Assembly (NCBI GenBank): GCA_022813965.1
Contig: JALDZS010000219.1
Coordinates: 1-36,342, forward strand
Direction of reading: 5' to 3'
DNA length: 36,342 nt
Source of the DNA: Toensbergia leucococca
Taxonomy: Eukaryota
Shown: piece by piece, positions 21,968 to 33,693 of the stretch
How the letters are laid out: each line of letters starts with the position of its first letter
How positions within the stretch are numbered: position 1 is the stretch's first letter
Program-made: the position numbers and the translations under genes
The notes under the pieces: model-generated
What the model saw: only the letters and a program-made list of their open reading frames with translations
Told to the model about the DNA's origin: nothing
The model's database searches: none

Positions 21968-23948
21968 TCACATGACACGGCACACAATGTCGTGCTGGAT
22001 AGCTTCTTCAGGGTTTTTTTGCGCTTTTAAAGCTTTCGATTTATTATTGGTTCTTCCAGCTGTCCAAGCCACAAATGGCGAAAGCTTTGCAGGGCCTTTC
22101 CTCTTGCCTAAAGGTTTGTCAGAGATAAGTGATGTCAGTATGCCGATAGGGGGTAGAGGCACACCATCTGAAACAACAACCGCATTACCAGAGGGGGGAG
22201 CAGGAGGAGGTGGAGGAGGTGGAGGAGGTGGGTGCGCACTTGACCCTCCGCCTTTCTTCGGCTCCACAACTACAATCTCGGGTGCCGCGGCGTCGGGCGG
22301 AGGATCTTCTGGCTTGGGGGGTTCGGGTATCGGCCACATGTGCATTGTGACAGTCCAGTCGGGCTCAAGGACAGTCTCCCAGACCTGTGGCAAGATAATC
22401 TCACCATTTGGCCCCACCAAATCGTAGTGGCCTTCTGCAACATGAGGACCAATAATGTCAACATGAAGGAATGCCTGTCTAATGAGGTCTTCCATGCCCT
22501 ACCACGAAATTTGACAGCCGTCAGTCTCTTGCCTCGTGAATGCATGAGGAAGACCAAGTACGTACCGACCATGTACTACAGAGATCAAAAGGAAAGCTGA
22601 ATTTTCTCCCAACAGCATCTTTAAATTTGATGGGTTTCTTCTTCTCTTTTGGAGGGGCCGGTTTTGGCTTAGCAGCCTCCACCGCCGCTGCTGTTGCCGC
22701 TGCTGCCTCTACAGCCGCTACCTCTGCTGCCTCCTTTGCCGCTGCCTCTTTTGCCGCTAATTCTTTTGCTGCTGCTTCTGCTGCCGCGTCTGCCGCCGCC
22801 TTATTCTTCGCCGCTTCCTCGGCAGCCTTCTTCTCAGCTTCTGTTGTTGCCGCAGCGGCAGCAGCCGCCGCAGCTGCCGCAATATCATCAGCTATCTTCT
22901 TTGCTGCTTCGGCTTTAGCAGCCGCATCCTCAGCCGCCTTCTTTGCGGCAGCCTCTTTAGCTTCTTGCTCGGCTTTTTGGTCCATCAAAAGCTTTTCTAA
23001 TCGAGCGAACTTCTCATCATCCTTTGAGGTGTCTGGTGGAGGTGGCGGAGGTGGCGGCGTACTGACTAAAGGCGGCGAGTAAATACCGGCATATGGATGA
23101 TACATTGGCGATGGCGCCATCGCGGGAGGAATTGAGTACGGCTGTGGTGCATAAGGGAAGTACCCTGCTCCAGGAGGATGGTGCATCATTTCTTGACCAT
23201 TGTAGGGCGGACTCCCATGTGGTGGTAAAGGATTGGGCATATGTGGTCCAGAGGGAAAGTACCCAGGAGCGCCTCCACTAGACACCGTTTGATAAGGAGA
23301 GAAACCATAAGGGGCAGCGGGGTTAGCAAAAGGCACAAGCTGTTGGCCAGGAGGAATGATACTATTTGTCGGAAATGGACTATAAGATTGACCAGAAGAA
23401 TAGCTTGGCGGGAAATTCTGTGGTGGGTTTCCGGTTACGTGGCCCCAATGTGCATAAGTACGACCATGATGCTGCGGTGGCCCTCGGGCATAGCCCGGCC
23501 ATTCCTCGTTGGAGTCCACGCTTTCGGGGGATGTCGGCGGTGGAGGCCGATGAACCCTCGGTAGTGGATGACGATGCACGCGCTCGTGAGTGGGATGCCG
23601 CTGCGAAGATTGACGACGCGCTGTTTCTGGATGAGGGGCTTCAACGACAGGCCGGTGCTGATTGGAAGTCCGAGGCCTTGAAGCAGATTCCGAGGGGCCA
23701 ATATCATCCGGATACAATACCCAACCTTCGTTTTCCTCGTCGGAGTATTCTTGCGCTGATGATGGTGAGATTTGCACGCCGGTGCCAGAGGAGTCTTCCT
23801 CTTCGTCGATTATCGAAGACGAGCGCTCAGAGCTGTGAGCAGTGGTGGCGTGGTCGATTGTAATGTTAAGTCTACAAATGGTGAGCGCGGTCAGCAATAG
23901 GTAACGCGAAGCTAGTTTGGTGGAATCCAAAAGGGGCACTCACGGCAT
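21968..23948 (-). CDS. Pro-rich / Ala-Glu-Lys coiled-coil protein with fungal ubiquitin-like domain and terminal CaaX-like motif, ~613 aa, 3 exons
   Basis: Exons 23948-23944 (ATGCC), 23871-22566 and 22498-21968. The domain KPIKFKDAVGRKFSFPFDLCSTWS|GMEDLIRQAFLHVDIIGPHVAEGHYDLVGPNGEIILPQVWETVLEPDWTVTMHMWP is the conserved fungal ubiquitin-like module. The protein ends in CRVM. Confidence 0.87.
22660..22980 (-). repeat. Low-complexity coding repeat (EAAAK-like Ala/Glu/Lys helix)
   Basis: Degenerate GCN-rich triplet repeats encoding KAAEDAAAKAEAAKK...AAAAAAAAAA...AAKEAAAKEAA. Poly-Pro tracts lie near 22200-22230 and 23036-23058. Confidence 0.85.
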
Positions 23949-25065
23949 GAGTCGAGGCCTTTAGCGCAAGGAATTACCTAGCTCAAAGCCTCTCTGTCAA
24001 AGAGAAGGCCGAGCATAGATAGCCTTGACTCTGCAGTGTTATCAATGGGCTTTGCGCCCCTATCACATTGGCGCAATATATTTTTTTGCGAGATACTCTG
24101 GTCGTAATGAGTGCTGTTACTCTTTTCAAGTAGGCGTGTGCGAGTTGATCGATGAACGCCAGTATTGAATGCGCAAGTCTGCCGAGATAGATATCTTGGG
24201 CAGCGTCGCGGGATCAGTGGGGATGGTATGTTGGAGAATGGGAGGATAAATCCCCTCCAATGTGGGCAGCAAGGGATGAGTAACAGGTAGCGTTGAGAAT
24301 CTCTGGCACTCGACTGCGAGCTTTCTTCACACTGCAGGGGCTTTTGCTGTGTTAGTGTGTGTACGACGACTCGAACGAGGGAGAAAATATTTCGGCCGTC
24401 GAAGGAGGTGTATGAGACAGGTGATGATGATGTGGTGGGGCTGGGCTTGCTTTACCTTTATTGCATAGGGCAGGATCTCCGTGTACGGAGTACCCTGGTC
24501 TTGAGATATGGCTACCTTACTTTGCTTATTTTCTGTCTAGGCGCTCGATACGTATCTCTCGATTCATCGATACTCACCCATCCATCTTTCCACTGGTCAA
24601 GTCAGGGTTACGACGATGATGCTACCCAAATATGACCCATCAACCGTACTTGACCAGTTGGAACTTGCAAATTTCTATAAAATACTGTAAAATATATCAA
24701 ATAGTCGCAGGAGAAATTGCCTGCTGCTTTGGAACATCAAATCACCATGATTTAGGTGCCTGTGGACTTATCCTCTGCCCAACGTCTGCCCAACGTCAAT
24801 AGTGCCAGTATCTCTGGTCGCCAATTATCACGAGGGAACGGATATCATGTCCCTGAAACACCACCCTAGTGCTTGAATATCAAACCCTTCCCCTCGCCCC
24901 TCGGTGGTGTCTTACTGCCAAGCAAAAGCTTCGATGCAGGGGGTTTACTATCTGAAATGGAGGACACTCGTGGCCTTCAAATTGACGCTATGGTCTGTTC
25001 CACTCATTGCTCTTGCGATAACAAATCAATAGTGAAAAGCCACGCTTGGACAACGCGCAAGACAT

Positions 25066-26244
25066 TTACCGCTGCCTAATTTGAGTACTCCTATCAAGGA
25101 GCTGTCTCGCCGCCATGATCTCGGAGTAATCGCGTTCGATAGAATCTGCACCTACCTTCCGCCTGGTAATATCAGAAAGCATTAAAGTTGCTCGTTCATT
25201 CAGCTTATGTATGGTCGCAAGTGGAGGGATCTGGACCTCAACACTATCAACGGTTGTGACTGATGTCGAAGCAGGCCTGGAACTTTTAGGAATACATTCA
25301 AGAAGCCGGTCCGTAGTCTATGAAATCACATTAGAGACAGTTGGAGATAAGCGACTGCCGAGCTCACCATTTTCAGCCCGTAATAGCCTCGAAGGTACCC
25401 ATCGCAAAGTTCAATGCTCCTACAAAATCGACACATGGATTCGGCAAGTACCTTGTCAGGATTGTTCTCATTGCTATTCGCACTGTTGCCGGCCGAGATA
25501 TACAGTATTTCACCCAGGCGAGCGTGGATCTAATTGGAACTCTGTTAATGTAATACATGTGTAACGTCCCATTCTATATGGGCGGCTGTATAGCACAACG
25601 TACATTCCAAGCATTCGGGGCCACCAGCAAAACTTCTTCGAGGCAGAAGGCTGCTTGTGAGAACATACCCTGGGACAAATATAAGTCCGAAAGCTCGGCC
25701 CAGGCTTCTATATCGGTGGGGGAGGCGTCCAACATAGCCACAAGCGCAACAATGGCATCAGTAGTTCTTGCAAGGCTCCGAAGAAGCGCGATCCTTCGCT
25801 TCATGACAGGCTACAGTATTGTCGATCAATACTGACAAAATTGATTTCCAATGCTTGTAGCAAACATACCGTGTTGACAGGGTCTTCGGCAAGTACTGCA
25901 TCGTACTCGAGCAACACCTTCTCCAGGGCAGACGCATCTGTAGCTACAGCTTCCTGATAGAGCCCTCGCAGACCCATTACTCGTTCATTGGTAGCTCCAA
26001 ATCGATCGATCAACTTCTCTAGACACTGAAGAGCCGATTTGTCGTCCTCCGTCCGTAGGCATGATACCATTAGCTTTTCGTACGTTGCCCATAATTCTGA
26101 AGACTCGGGATCCGACACCCAGGGTATTGAAATACGTGCGTTTCGAGTCGTGTACTTATGTAGATAGTCTGGAGTTTGTCGGGATAAGTCCAATGCTTCA
26201 GAATGTGAGTGTCGAAGCGGAGAAGTCAACAGTGGGCTGGACAT
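25066..26244 (-). CDS. EMC2: ER membrane protein complex subunit 2 (TPR protein, EMC2/Oca3), ~331 aa, 4 exons
   Basis: Exons 26244-25870, 25810-25604, 25529-25368 and 25317-25066. Motifs: ELWATYEKLMVSCLRT, RFGATNERVMGLRGLYQEA, PTDIEAWAELSDLY..QAAFCLEEVLLVAPNAWN|IHARLGE, FCRSIELCDGYLRGYYGLK. Confidence 0.92.
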
Positions 26245-26845
26245 GATGGATGACTTGGAAGGCACACAGATCCACTATGCCTTAGTCTTGAAGTAACAAA
26301 CGCTTTGCATAATCTAGCAATTGGTTCCACTTTTCTCGGATTACTTCGCGTGGAAAAGGTTGCAATTAAGTGCCACCCGGGAATGGTACGAGTACTGACT
26401 CGCCAGACTACGAGTACATCTCGCGCACTGCCACCTAAAATTTCCCGGGTTTTTCCTCTAGGCGCGCGAGTCCGTCTAAAGTACCTTACATAGAATACGG
26501 AGTAGCTCGGTTTTGCGTCCCGGCACTACTACAAGGCTCAATCGGACAAATATTGATCCGTTATCGATTGCCCAAATGCATGGTCTCTCTCTTGCTCTAC
26601 TTGTACTCGTACCATATGTCATGCAGACAGTGATTCGAGACAGCACATACTACTAAACCACGGATCTTCCCTAGACTTGAGTCTCTATTCTAGCCCATCT
26701 CATTGACAGCTTCGTTAAATGTCCCAGCGGTTTATGACACTCGAACTCCCGTGATGCCTGTAGTAGTACCTTCCTCCTACGAACGGAGTTCCTTACCATA
26801 AACAGGCTCATTGCGGGCTACCCGCAATATCAACCATCTGTCATA

Positions 26846-29800
26846 ATGTCGGTGTCCTTCTGCTGTGACCGATGCTCGCTAATATGGTGTAGGTTCGAGA
26901 AATCCTTGTACGACCTCATCAGAGGTCTGCGCAATCACAAGGGTAGTGAGAGAGAATACATTCACGACAGCCTTCGAGAATGCCGCATGGAGATTCGTGG
27001 CTCGGACATGGGTACGTGGTATTGCGAACCATTTAGCGGCGGGAGATTTCCTCATATTCAACAGACCTAAAAGCCACCGCATTGCTGAAGCTCATATATC
27101 TTGAAATGTTTGGTCACGATATGTCCTGGGCATCTTTTCATGTACTAGAAGTGATGTCAAGCCCGAAATACCTTCAAAAAAGAGTGGGATACCTAGGTGC
27201 GGTTCAGAGCTTTCGTTCTGATACAGAAGTCCTTATGCTAGCCACGAATCTTTTGAAGAAGGCGAGATACATCCTTCAAAAACTGTGCAAGGCGTTATAT
27301 TGACTATGTACTTAGGACATTACATCCCCATTGCCGCCCACAATATCTCTCCCCCTCGTTACCTTACCTCACATCAGCAATTCCTCCATGGCACTGTCTC
27401 TGTTGTCCGACTTGATGCCGAGATTATCACATTCAAATCCAAGCATACGCAAGAAGTCTGTGGTTTCCATCTATCGGCTTGCATTGATATACCCTGACAC
27501 ACTACGGCCAGCATGGCCCAGAATCAAGGATATATTGATGGACGAGGAAGAGGATTCAAGCGTCACAGCTGCAGTAATCAACGTCATCTGCGAACTAGGT
27601 TGGAGAAGACCTCGAGATTTTCTACCCCTAGCTCCAAGGCTCTTCGATTTGTTGGTCGACGGAGGCAACAATTGGATGGCAATCAAGATCATCAAGCTGG
27701 TTAGTACACGAACGGCTCCGTGAGACCCATCCTTAATCGCTATAGTTTGCAACCTTGACTCCATTGGAGCCGCGCCTCATCAAGAAACTTCTACCTCCTC
27801 TCACAACTATCATTCGTAATACGCCTGCAATGTCCCTACTCTATGAATGTATCAATGGTATAATTCAGGGGGGGATCTTTGAAGATGCCGACGGGGTACG
27901 AGAAAAAGATGAGATCGCCAGCTTGTGCGTCGACAAACTTCGGGGTATGATTATAGTTGAGGGTGATCCTAATCGTAAGCTGGTTTGCCCCTATCCCGGC
28001 GAAGGGTATTTGTTGACGCTATCTAGTAAAATATGTTGCACTTCTCGCGTTCAACAAAATTGTGACTTCACATCCGCACCTGGTCTCTATGCATCAGGAT
28101 GTGATCATGAGCTGCATCGACGATCCCGACATATCGATCCGTCTACAGGCCCTAGATCTTGGCGCCGGGATGGTAAATAGCGACAACTTGGTCGCTGTGA
28201 TTGACCGTTTGATGCGGCAGCTACGTAAGGCCCCCCTTGCAAATGGTACCCCCGCCGATGATAGCAGAGGACAATTCAAGGAGGTTGAGCCAGCTGCGGA
28301 TTCGGATGGCGAAGACCCGGAACAATCTCTCCAGTCATCGAAGATGATTCTCGATGATTCTCCGGTGTTGCCAGATGAGTATAGGATTTCCATTATAAGA
28401 CAAATATTGGACATGTGTTCTCAGAGAACTTATGCCAATATTGTCGATTTCGACTGGTACATCGAAATGCTAGTGCAGCTTGTGACTTTGATCCCACATA
28501 ACAACAGATATTCTGTCAACGTCATTGACGGCAACGATGACCATGAAGCAAAAGGTCTAACAGATGAAGATATTTCATGCTCGATTGGTATGGAGCTACG
28601 GAATGTGGCAGTACGTGTAGACACGGTCAGAGGGGAAGCTGTCAGCGCCGCATACTCTTTAGTGGCTGTCCATGCGAACGATGATACCCTTTCCCTTAGT
28701 GGCCTCCGTACTAACGGCGTTCTTCGCTTCGCTGTGTGGATTGTAGGAGAATATGCCGACATGCTCCTCAACCAGCAAGATGCGTTGAACTGTCTAGTGC
28801 ACCCGGTAGTCCAAACACTACCATCAGCAACCATTTGCGCCTACCTCCAATCTATCCCAAAAATAATAGTTTCTATCACTTCACATGATCTTGCTCCATG
28901 GAATACGGAACGCAAATCCATGGTGACCTTCCTTCTTGCTAGAGTAATCCATTTCCTTGAACCATTTAGTACAAACCCTAGCCTTGAGGTCCAGGAAAGG
29001 TCAGTGGAATATCTCGAGCTCATGCGCGTAGCAATGCAAGCAGTCAAGAATCATGATTGGAACATTGAGTCAGGGCCTCTACTCTTGACAAGAGCTATCC
29101 CATCGCTTTTCACGGGCCTTGAGTTGAATCCGGTGGCTCCAAGTGCACAGAAGAAAGTGCCGCAACCAATAGACATAAATTTAGACTCTCCTCTCAACCG
29201 AAATCTTCAAGGTCTTTTGCAGGGTGTGGAACAGGACTTCTCAGCAGACTCGGAATTTGCCGACTTCGAGAGGTTTTATAATTATCGTCCAGCTCCGAAA
29301 GTAGATGCAATGGTCGCGGTGGACGCGTTACCCTCTAAAACCTCGAGAACAGTATCTTACCAACTTGCTGAAGATGCTCTGCATGACAACGAGATGCTAT
29401 CAAAGAAGCGAGCCGAGCGCCATGGAAGGAACAAGGACGACCCATTTTATATTGCAAATGAAGACTTCTCTGAGAATTCAACTCCTTTCCACGACCTCCT
29501 TAAGAGCAGCAATGGGGAGGATGTTGACGTTGACTCCATACCAATCATGAGCTTAGACCTTGGAGACAAGGGATTAGGCGCTGAAAGCTCTGACATGGAA
29601 TCTGCTAAACGGAAGCGTAAGCAACCTAGGAATTTCATAATTGCTTCAGATGAGAACATCGATTGGGAAGACTCAGTGATAGATCATGGTTTCGTGAAGC
29701 ATGGAAAAGCTGTAAACAACTACACTACTCCGCAAGCACAACGTGACAAGCCCAAGAAGTCTCTACTTGAGGTTGATTCGAGCGGACTTCGAGATTTCTC

Positions 29801-30149
29801 GCTTGAGCATGACACGATGAACAGGCAGCTTGATAGTACAAGACAGGAAGTCGAAGACGCAGACATGGCGAGAGCCCTAGAAGAAGTGGAACGTCTTCGT
29901 TTGGAAATGCAGCGTGCATCCGAACGTATCAAGACAGCCGGCGGGGTCCCACCTGAGGGTACGTTGGTTAAGAAAAAGAAGAGGAAGAAGAGAAAAGACC
30001 TAGAGGGTGCTGTCGCTACAAAGGCAAATGGCGATGACGAGAGTCAACAACGCTCATATCCCGCAGATTCCATCACCAAATGCAAGCACAAGAGGAAGAC
30101 AAGATCCGCCATGGCGAGACTCAACTATGACGCCGAGAAAAGTGGTTGA
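26846..30149 (+). CDS. APL5: AP-3 adaptor complex subunit delta, ~1017 aa, 6 exons
   Basis: Exons 26846-26847 (AT), 26893-27011, 27065-27261, 27316-27699, 27746-27974 and 28027-30149. MFEKSLYDLIRGLRNHKG, YLEMFGHDMSWASFHVLEVMSS, NNWMAIKIIKL|FATLTPLEPRL, SLEVQER and ELNPVAPSAQKKVP are delta-adaptin hallmarks. Confidence 0.96.
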
Positions 30150-30524
30150 GTTTATCATCCTAATATTTATAGAGCTGGACAGATGACCCATTCTCCCAAA
30201 GTCTACCAAGTCTTATTGGAGAGAAGATGCTGAATAGCGAATACATTGGCGAAATTGTTCTGGGATGCACATTTTCTGTAAATATCAAAGCTTGGACTGA
30301 ACGATGGATCGCATCGGAATATATATGCAATAGCTTGTAATGTAATTCTGTACACCTTCGTCGTCACGCGTCCACCACATAGCTGCCGGAATACTATCTG
30401 ATAAAGATCCTCTAGACAGATGAGAGTCCAGCCTTTTCACAACACTCCATTCATCAATTCAGTGAAATCTCTGGACTCGTTCTGACAGGAGTAGTAGATG
30501 CTAAAGTATCCATTATTACCCGCA

Positions 30525-30580
30525 AGTGCCGCAGTGCCGCGCGGAGCCGGAGGACTTTATTTCAGCCCTTATTTCAGCCC
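30525..30580. repeat. Two adjacent perfect short tandem duplications
   Basis: AGTGCCGC x2 (30525-30540) and TTATTTCAGCCC x2 (30557-30580). Confidence 0.85.
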
Positions 30581-30761
30581 TGTACATCTGTGCAAGGAGT
30601 ACGGATCGTTAGCGACGATTGAAGATTTTAAGAAGAACCCCGCGTGCCCCACAAACGAAATTGACAGTTAATTTTGAGCGGTGTGCAACCTTCACAATCT
30701 CACATAGCCACGGGAGACTCGAGCGTTACCCTCCTTTCTACAACACCGATACATTGCGTAT

Positions 30762-32800
30762 ATGGCGGCCGATGAAGATCACTCGTCTGTGTCAGATCAT
30801 GCACAAACATTGGGATAGAAATCCGCCCTGTCTCGGTGAAGTCCAACCTGACACCAATCTCCAGATACAGAGTGGGAGCGGAAACAGAGACTACGGGATT
30901 ATAATGTAGCTGTAAGACAGGAGAAGATGAATGGAAAAGCCCCTGAGAAGAAGCAACGAAAGCTCAATGCTGTTATCCTCCGCCAAATGGTGAAGCATTC
31001 CATTTGATACGCCAAATTAGCAGACTGTTAGCCGCATGTACGTGGACCAGAAGCCCTGATAGATATGACAAAACTGCCGAGCTTAATCGTTTGCGATGGT
31101 GGCGAGACATTGAGGCCGAACGACGAATGATCTGACGGAAGTTGGTGGAGCAAGCATAGCGCCTAGCGGTAATACACGATCTCACCGGGTCCACATTTGA
31201 TATTGGTTCTGTTGTCAGATAGGCGGTGGAGTTATATTTCCTTTGGAAACTTTGCGCAAAAGGCAAGAGAAGGACGCCGCTGAGCACGCTAGAACGGAAG
31301 GCGCGACGATTACTGTTAGTACTACAGATAGAGAGACGGTGAGAAATTCCCTAACATTAGAGAAGCCAAGTGGTATTCAAATCATCTCTAACAATCCCGA
31401 ACGCCTGGCTAGGATGAACTTTGGGGAATATCTCCAAGCGCGCAAAATGTGAGTAGAACGCAGCAGAAGAAGCAAGCAGCTTTGGGACGTCGATCAGCTC
31501 CCCTAAAGTCTCATATTCCGGCTGACATGTTGAATCCTGATGACAAAGAGAATTAGATAGCGCTGTGGGATTTACCCGACGATCAATTAGACATGAGAGT
31601 AATAAGGGAGCTAGAAATTAAAGCCGCAGAGAGGAAAGGCGCAGGTGCCAAGCAAAAAGAAGGTAAGGCGGAGCGTCGTGTGGCTGGAGACGAGAAGCGG
31701 AAAGTCTACAGGAAGATGAAGTTGACTTGGGAAACTATCAAGGGTATGTCTCCCAATCACAAATGCAGGTTATGTCTCATAATGGAAGGCTGACCAAACA
31801 ATCTATTCAGAGGAGTAAGCGAGGTATAAGACCAAATTAAGCAGCATTGAAAAGGACGAGTCGAAGAAGATCGCCGTAGAGTCCTGAACCGCGAAGCGCC
31901 ATTAAATTATTGCGACGAACTGGGATTTGCATTCAGAGACACGCCCAGGATTGAGGAAATCAAGCCTACAGCATTAGACGTTGAAGGCATGTAGGTCGAT
32001 TTTGACACCATTGAGATTGCACAGATTTGAGGCAACATCAAACGCAAACCTAAAGACAGACGGATAGACCTTGGCGCAGCTCCAGACTATGCAAAGGCTC
32101 AAAATATACCTACTGCTGACCGTGGTGATGGTGAAGATCCTGGAGACTTCATCAAGCTTGACATAGGCGATGGTCAGTATTTCGAAACGCTCAACTACAA
32201 TCACAAAATTAGGCGGAAGCTCAAAAGAGCCATTGAGGGTGGTAGATTCGTAATGAGATGTCAGTCCGTCGACTTGCTTTTGAGCACTGCATCGAGAACA
32301 ATATGGAACATCCTAAGGAAATCAAAACGTCCCACAAGCCCGTCAAAGCTGGAGGTCACCGGGTGTTGGAAGACGGAAGCTTTAAAACCTCCAAGCAGGA
32401 GAGAGTGCGATCAAGCACGGAGCTTGCTGAATTGAACAAGGCCACAAAGGAGGAAGCAGGCCAAGCAGATTGCTACAGAAGCAGGGCTTCATGAATTTGC
32501 CGAGTTGACGTGGAAAATGCCGAACGGTACTCCTCTTGGAAACGGGACTGCGGCAACTCTCATGTCTCTTCGCATATGGAGTGCCCTTGAGAACTCCTTG
32601 AGCACGATCTCTGCTGGACAGATGAAGCAAGGTATTTAAAGGTCTCAAAACAAAGAAAGTATGGACGAGCATGTTGGCAATCGTACTGACCAAAAAGAAA
32701 CGGCCGGAACTTCATGTTCTTCCTCAACAGATAGTTCAGAGACCGAGTCTTCAAGCGTTTCGGCCAAACACGTAGATAAGGTCAAACGGCGCAAGCTGTA
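30762..32800 (+). pseudogene. Degenerate copy of a Lys/Arg/Glu-rich fungal protein gene; boundaries approximate
   Basis: A chain of protein-like fragments on one strand (NNPERLARM; DKEN*IALWDLPDDQLDMRV...KQKEGKAERRVAGDEKRKVYRKMKLTWETIK; YNHKIRRKLKRAIE; GHRVLEDGSFKTSKQERVR; QAKQIATEAGLHEFAELT) broken by stops and frameshifts. One intact-looking intron at 31744-31810 (GTATGT..CTGAC..CAG). Confidence 0.68.
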
Positions 32801-32996
32801 ATGTAGCTTATGGCCAGCCTCTGGTTTTTACGAGGGTTGTTGTATGCCGCCTGGTTAAAAGACAAACTTGAATAAATTGCGTCACATGATACGCCTTGGT
32901 TCCAAGCTTCCTACTCGTACAAGTATGAGTAGTGGTACATGGCCTAGAAGGCTAATAAGATGCTTCGTTCAGACCCTTTCCTGACCAAAGCTAGAA

Positions 32997-33297
32997 TCAG
33001 AAGAATAGTCGTAGGAGTAACTGGAGGACTAAGCCACCGCATACAACAAATGCAAGAATACCTGCTCGCTACCATCAGCCGGCCGTCCCGCCCTTGCTTG
33101 TACAGAACTTACCGATCCAGAGAGGGGAAATAGGCGACTTGAATTTTTGCCTCTGTTTCGTTGTGCTTTCCGCCTTGCCCCGCTTAGTGGCTTCCTGCCG
33201 AGCATAACGCTCGTTGGCCTTGCGTTGTTGAAGTGTTTGTGCCTAGGCAGTGCCACATGAGATGAAGAATTGGACTTCAAGAAGGTGTACGAACCAT
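32997..33297 (-). CDS. RAMP4: Stress-associated ER protein RAMP4/SERP1 (Ysy6-like), 65 aa tail-anchored, 3 coding exons
   Basis: Exons 33297-33295 (ATG), 33242-33113 and 33061-32997 give MAQTLQQRKANERYARQEATKRGKAESTTKQRQKFKSPISPLWIGILAFVVCGGLVLQLLLRLFF. The Q-R-AN..RG..KSP..LxFVVCGG pattern is diagnostic. Absent from the ORF track. Confidence 0.92.
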
Positions 33298-33693
33298 GTC
33301 AAACTGTAACTTGTTGTGCGCGAAAGCACTGCGAGAATTGTCTCTCAGCCCACAACGTAACACGAAAGAGCAAGAAATGAGACTTGAGAGATGAGAGATG
33401 CCTTTAGGTGCCTTGAATCTGACAAGTCATGGGTGTACTCGTACGTGTCATTCTGTGCAAAAGAAATGGGGGGGTTGGAAGGCTGAAGCCATGCGGAGTG
33501 TCAGTGCGGAGCGCGGAACACCCTATTCTACGAGTACTGTTTACGACACGTCGAAACCCCCACACCGCCTCAACTTCTTCTCCACTGTCTTATTGGCCAG
33601 TATTGTGCTACACGTTTGACGTTCTCCAAATCTGGCTTCTCGGCCTTGTGGTCGATCAGAAGGAAATCATTTACCCATCAAACCCTCAAAGTA

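Noticed and set aside
22540..23082. 180-aa Ala-rich ORF on the + strand (also 21885-22427 and 23366-23863)
   Set aside because: Antisense shadows of the low-complexity minus-strand gene.
33029..33280. 83-aa basic ORF that superficially resembles a ribosomal protein
   Set aside because: It is an alternative frame of the spliced RAMP4 gene and reads through its introns. Considered only as part of a possible overlapping uORF.
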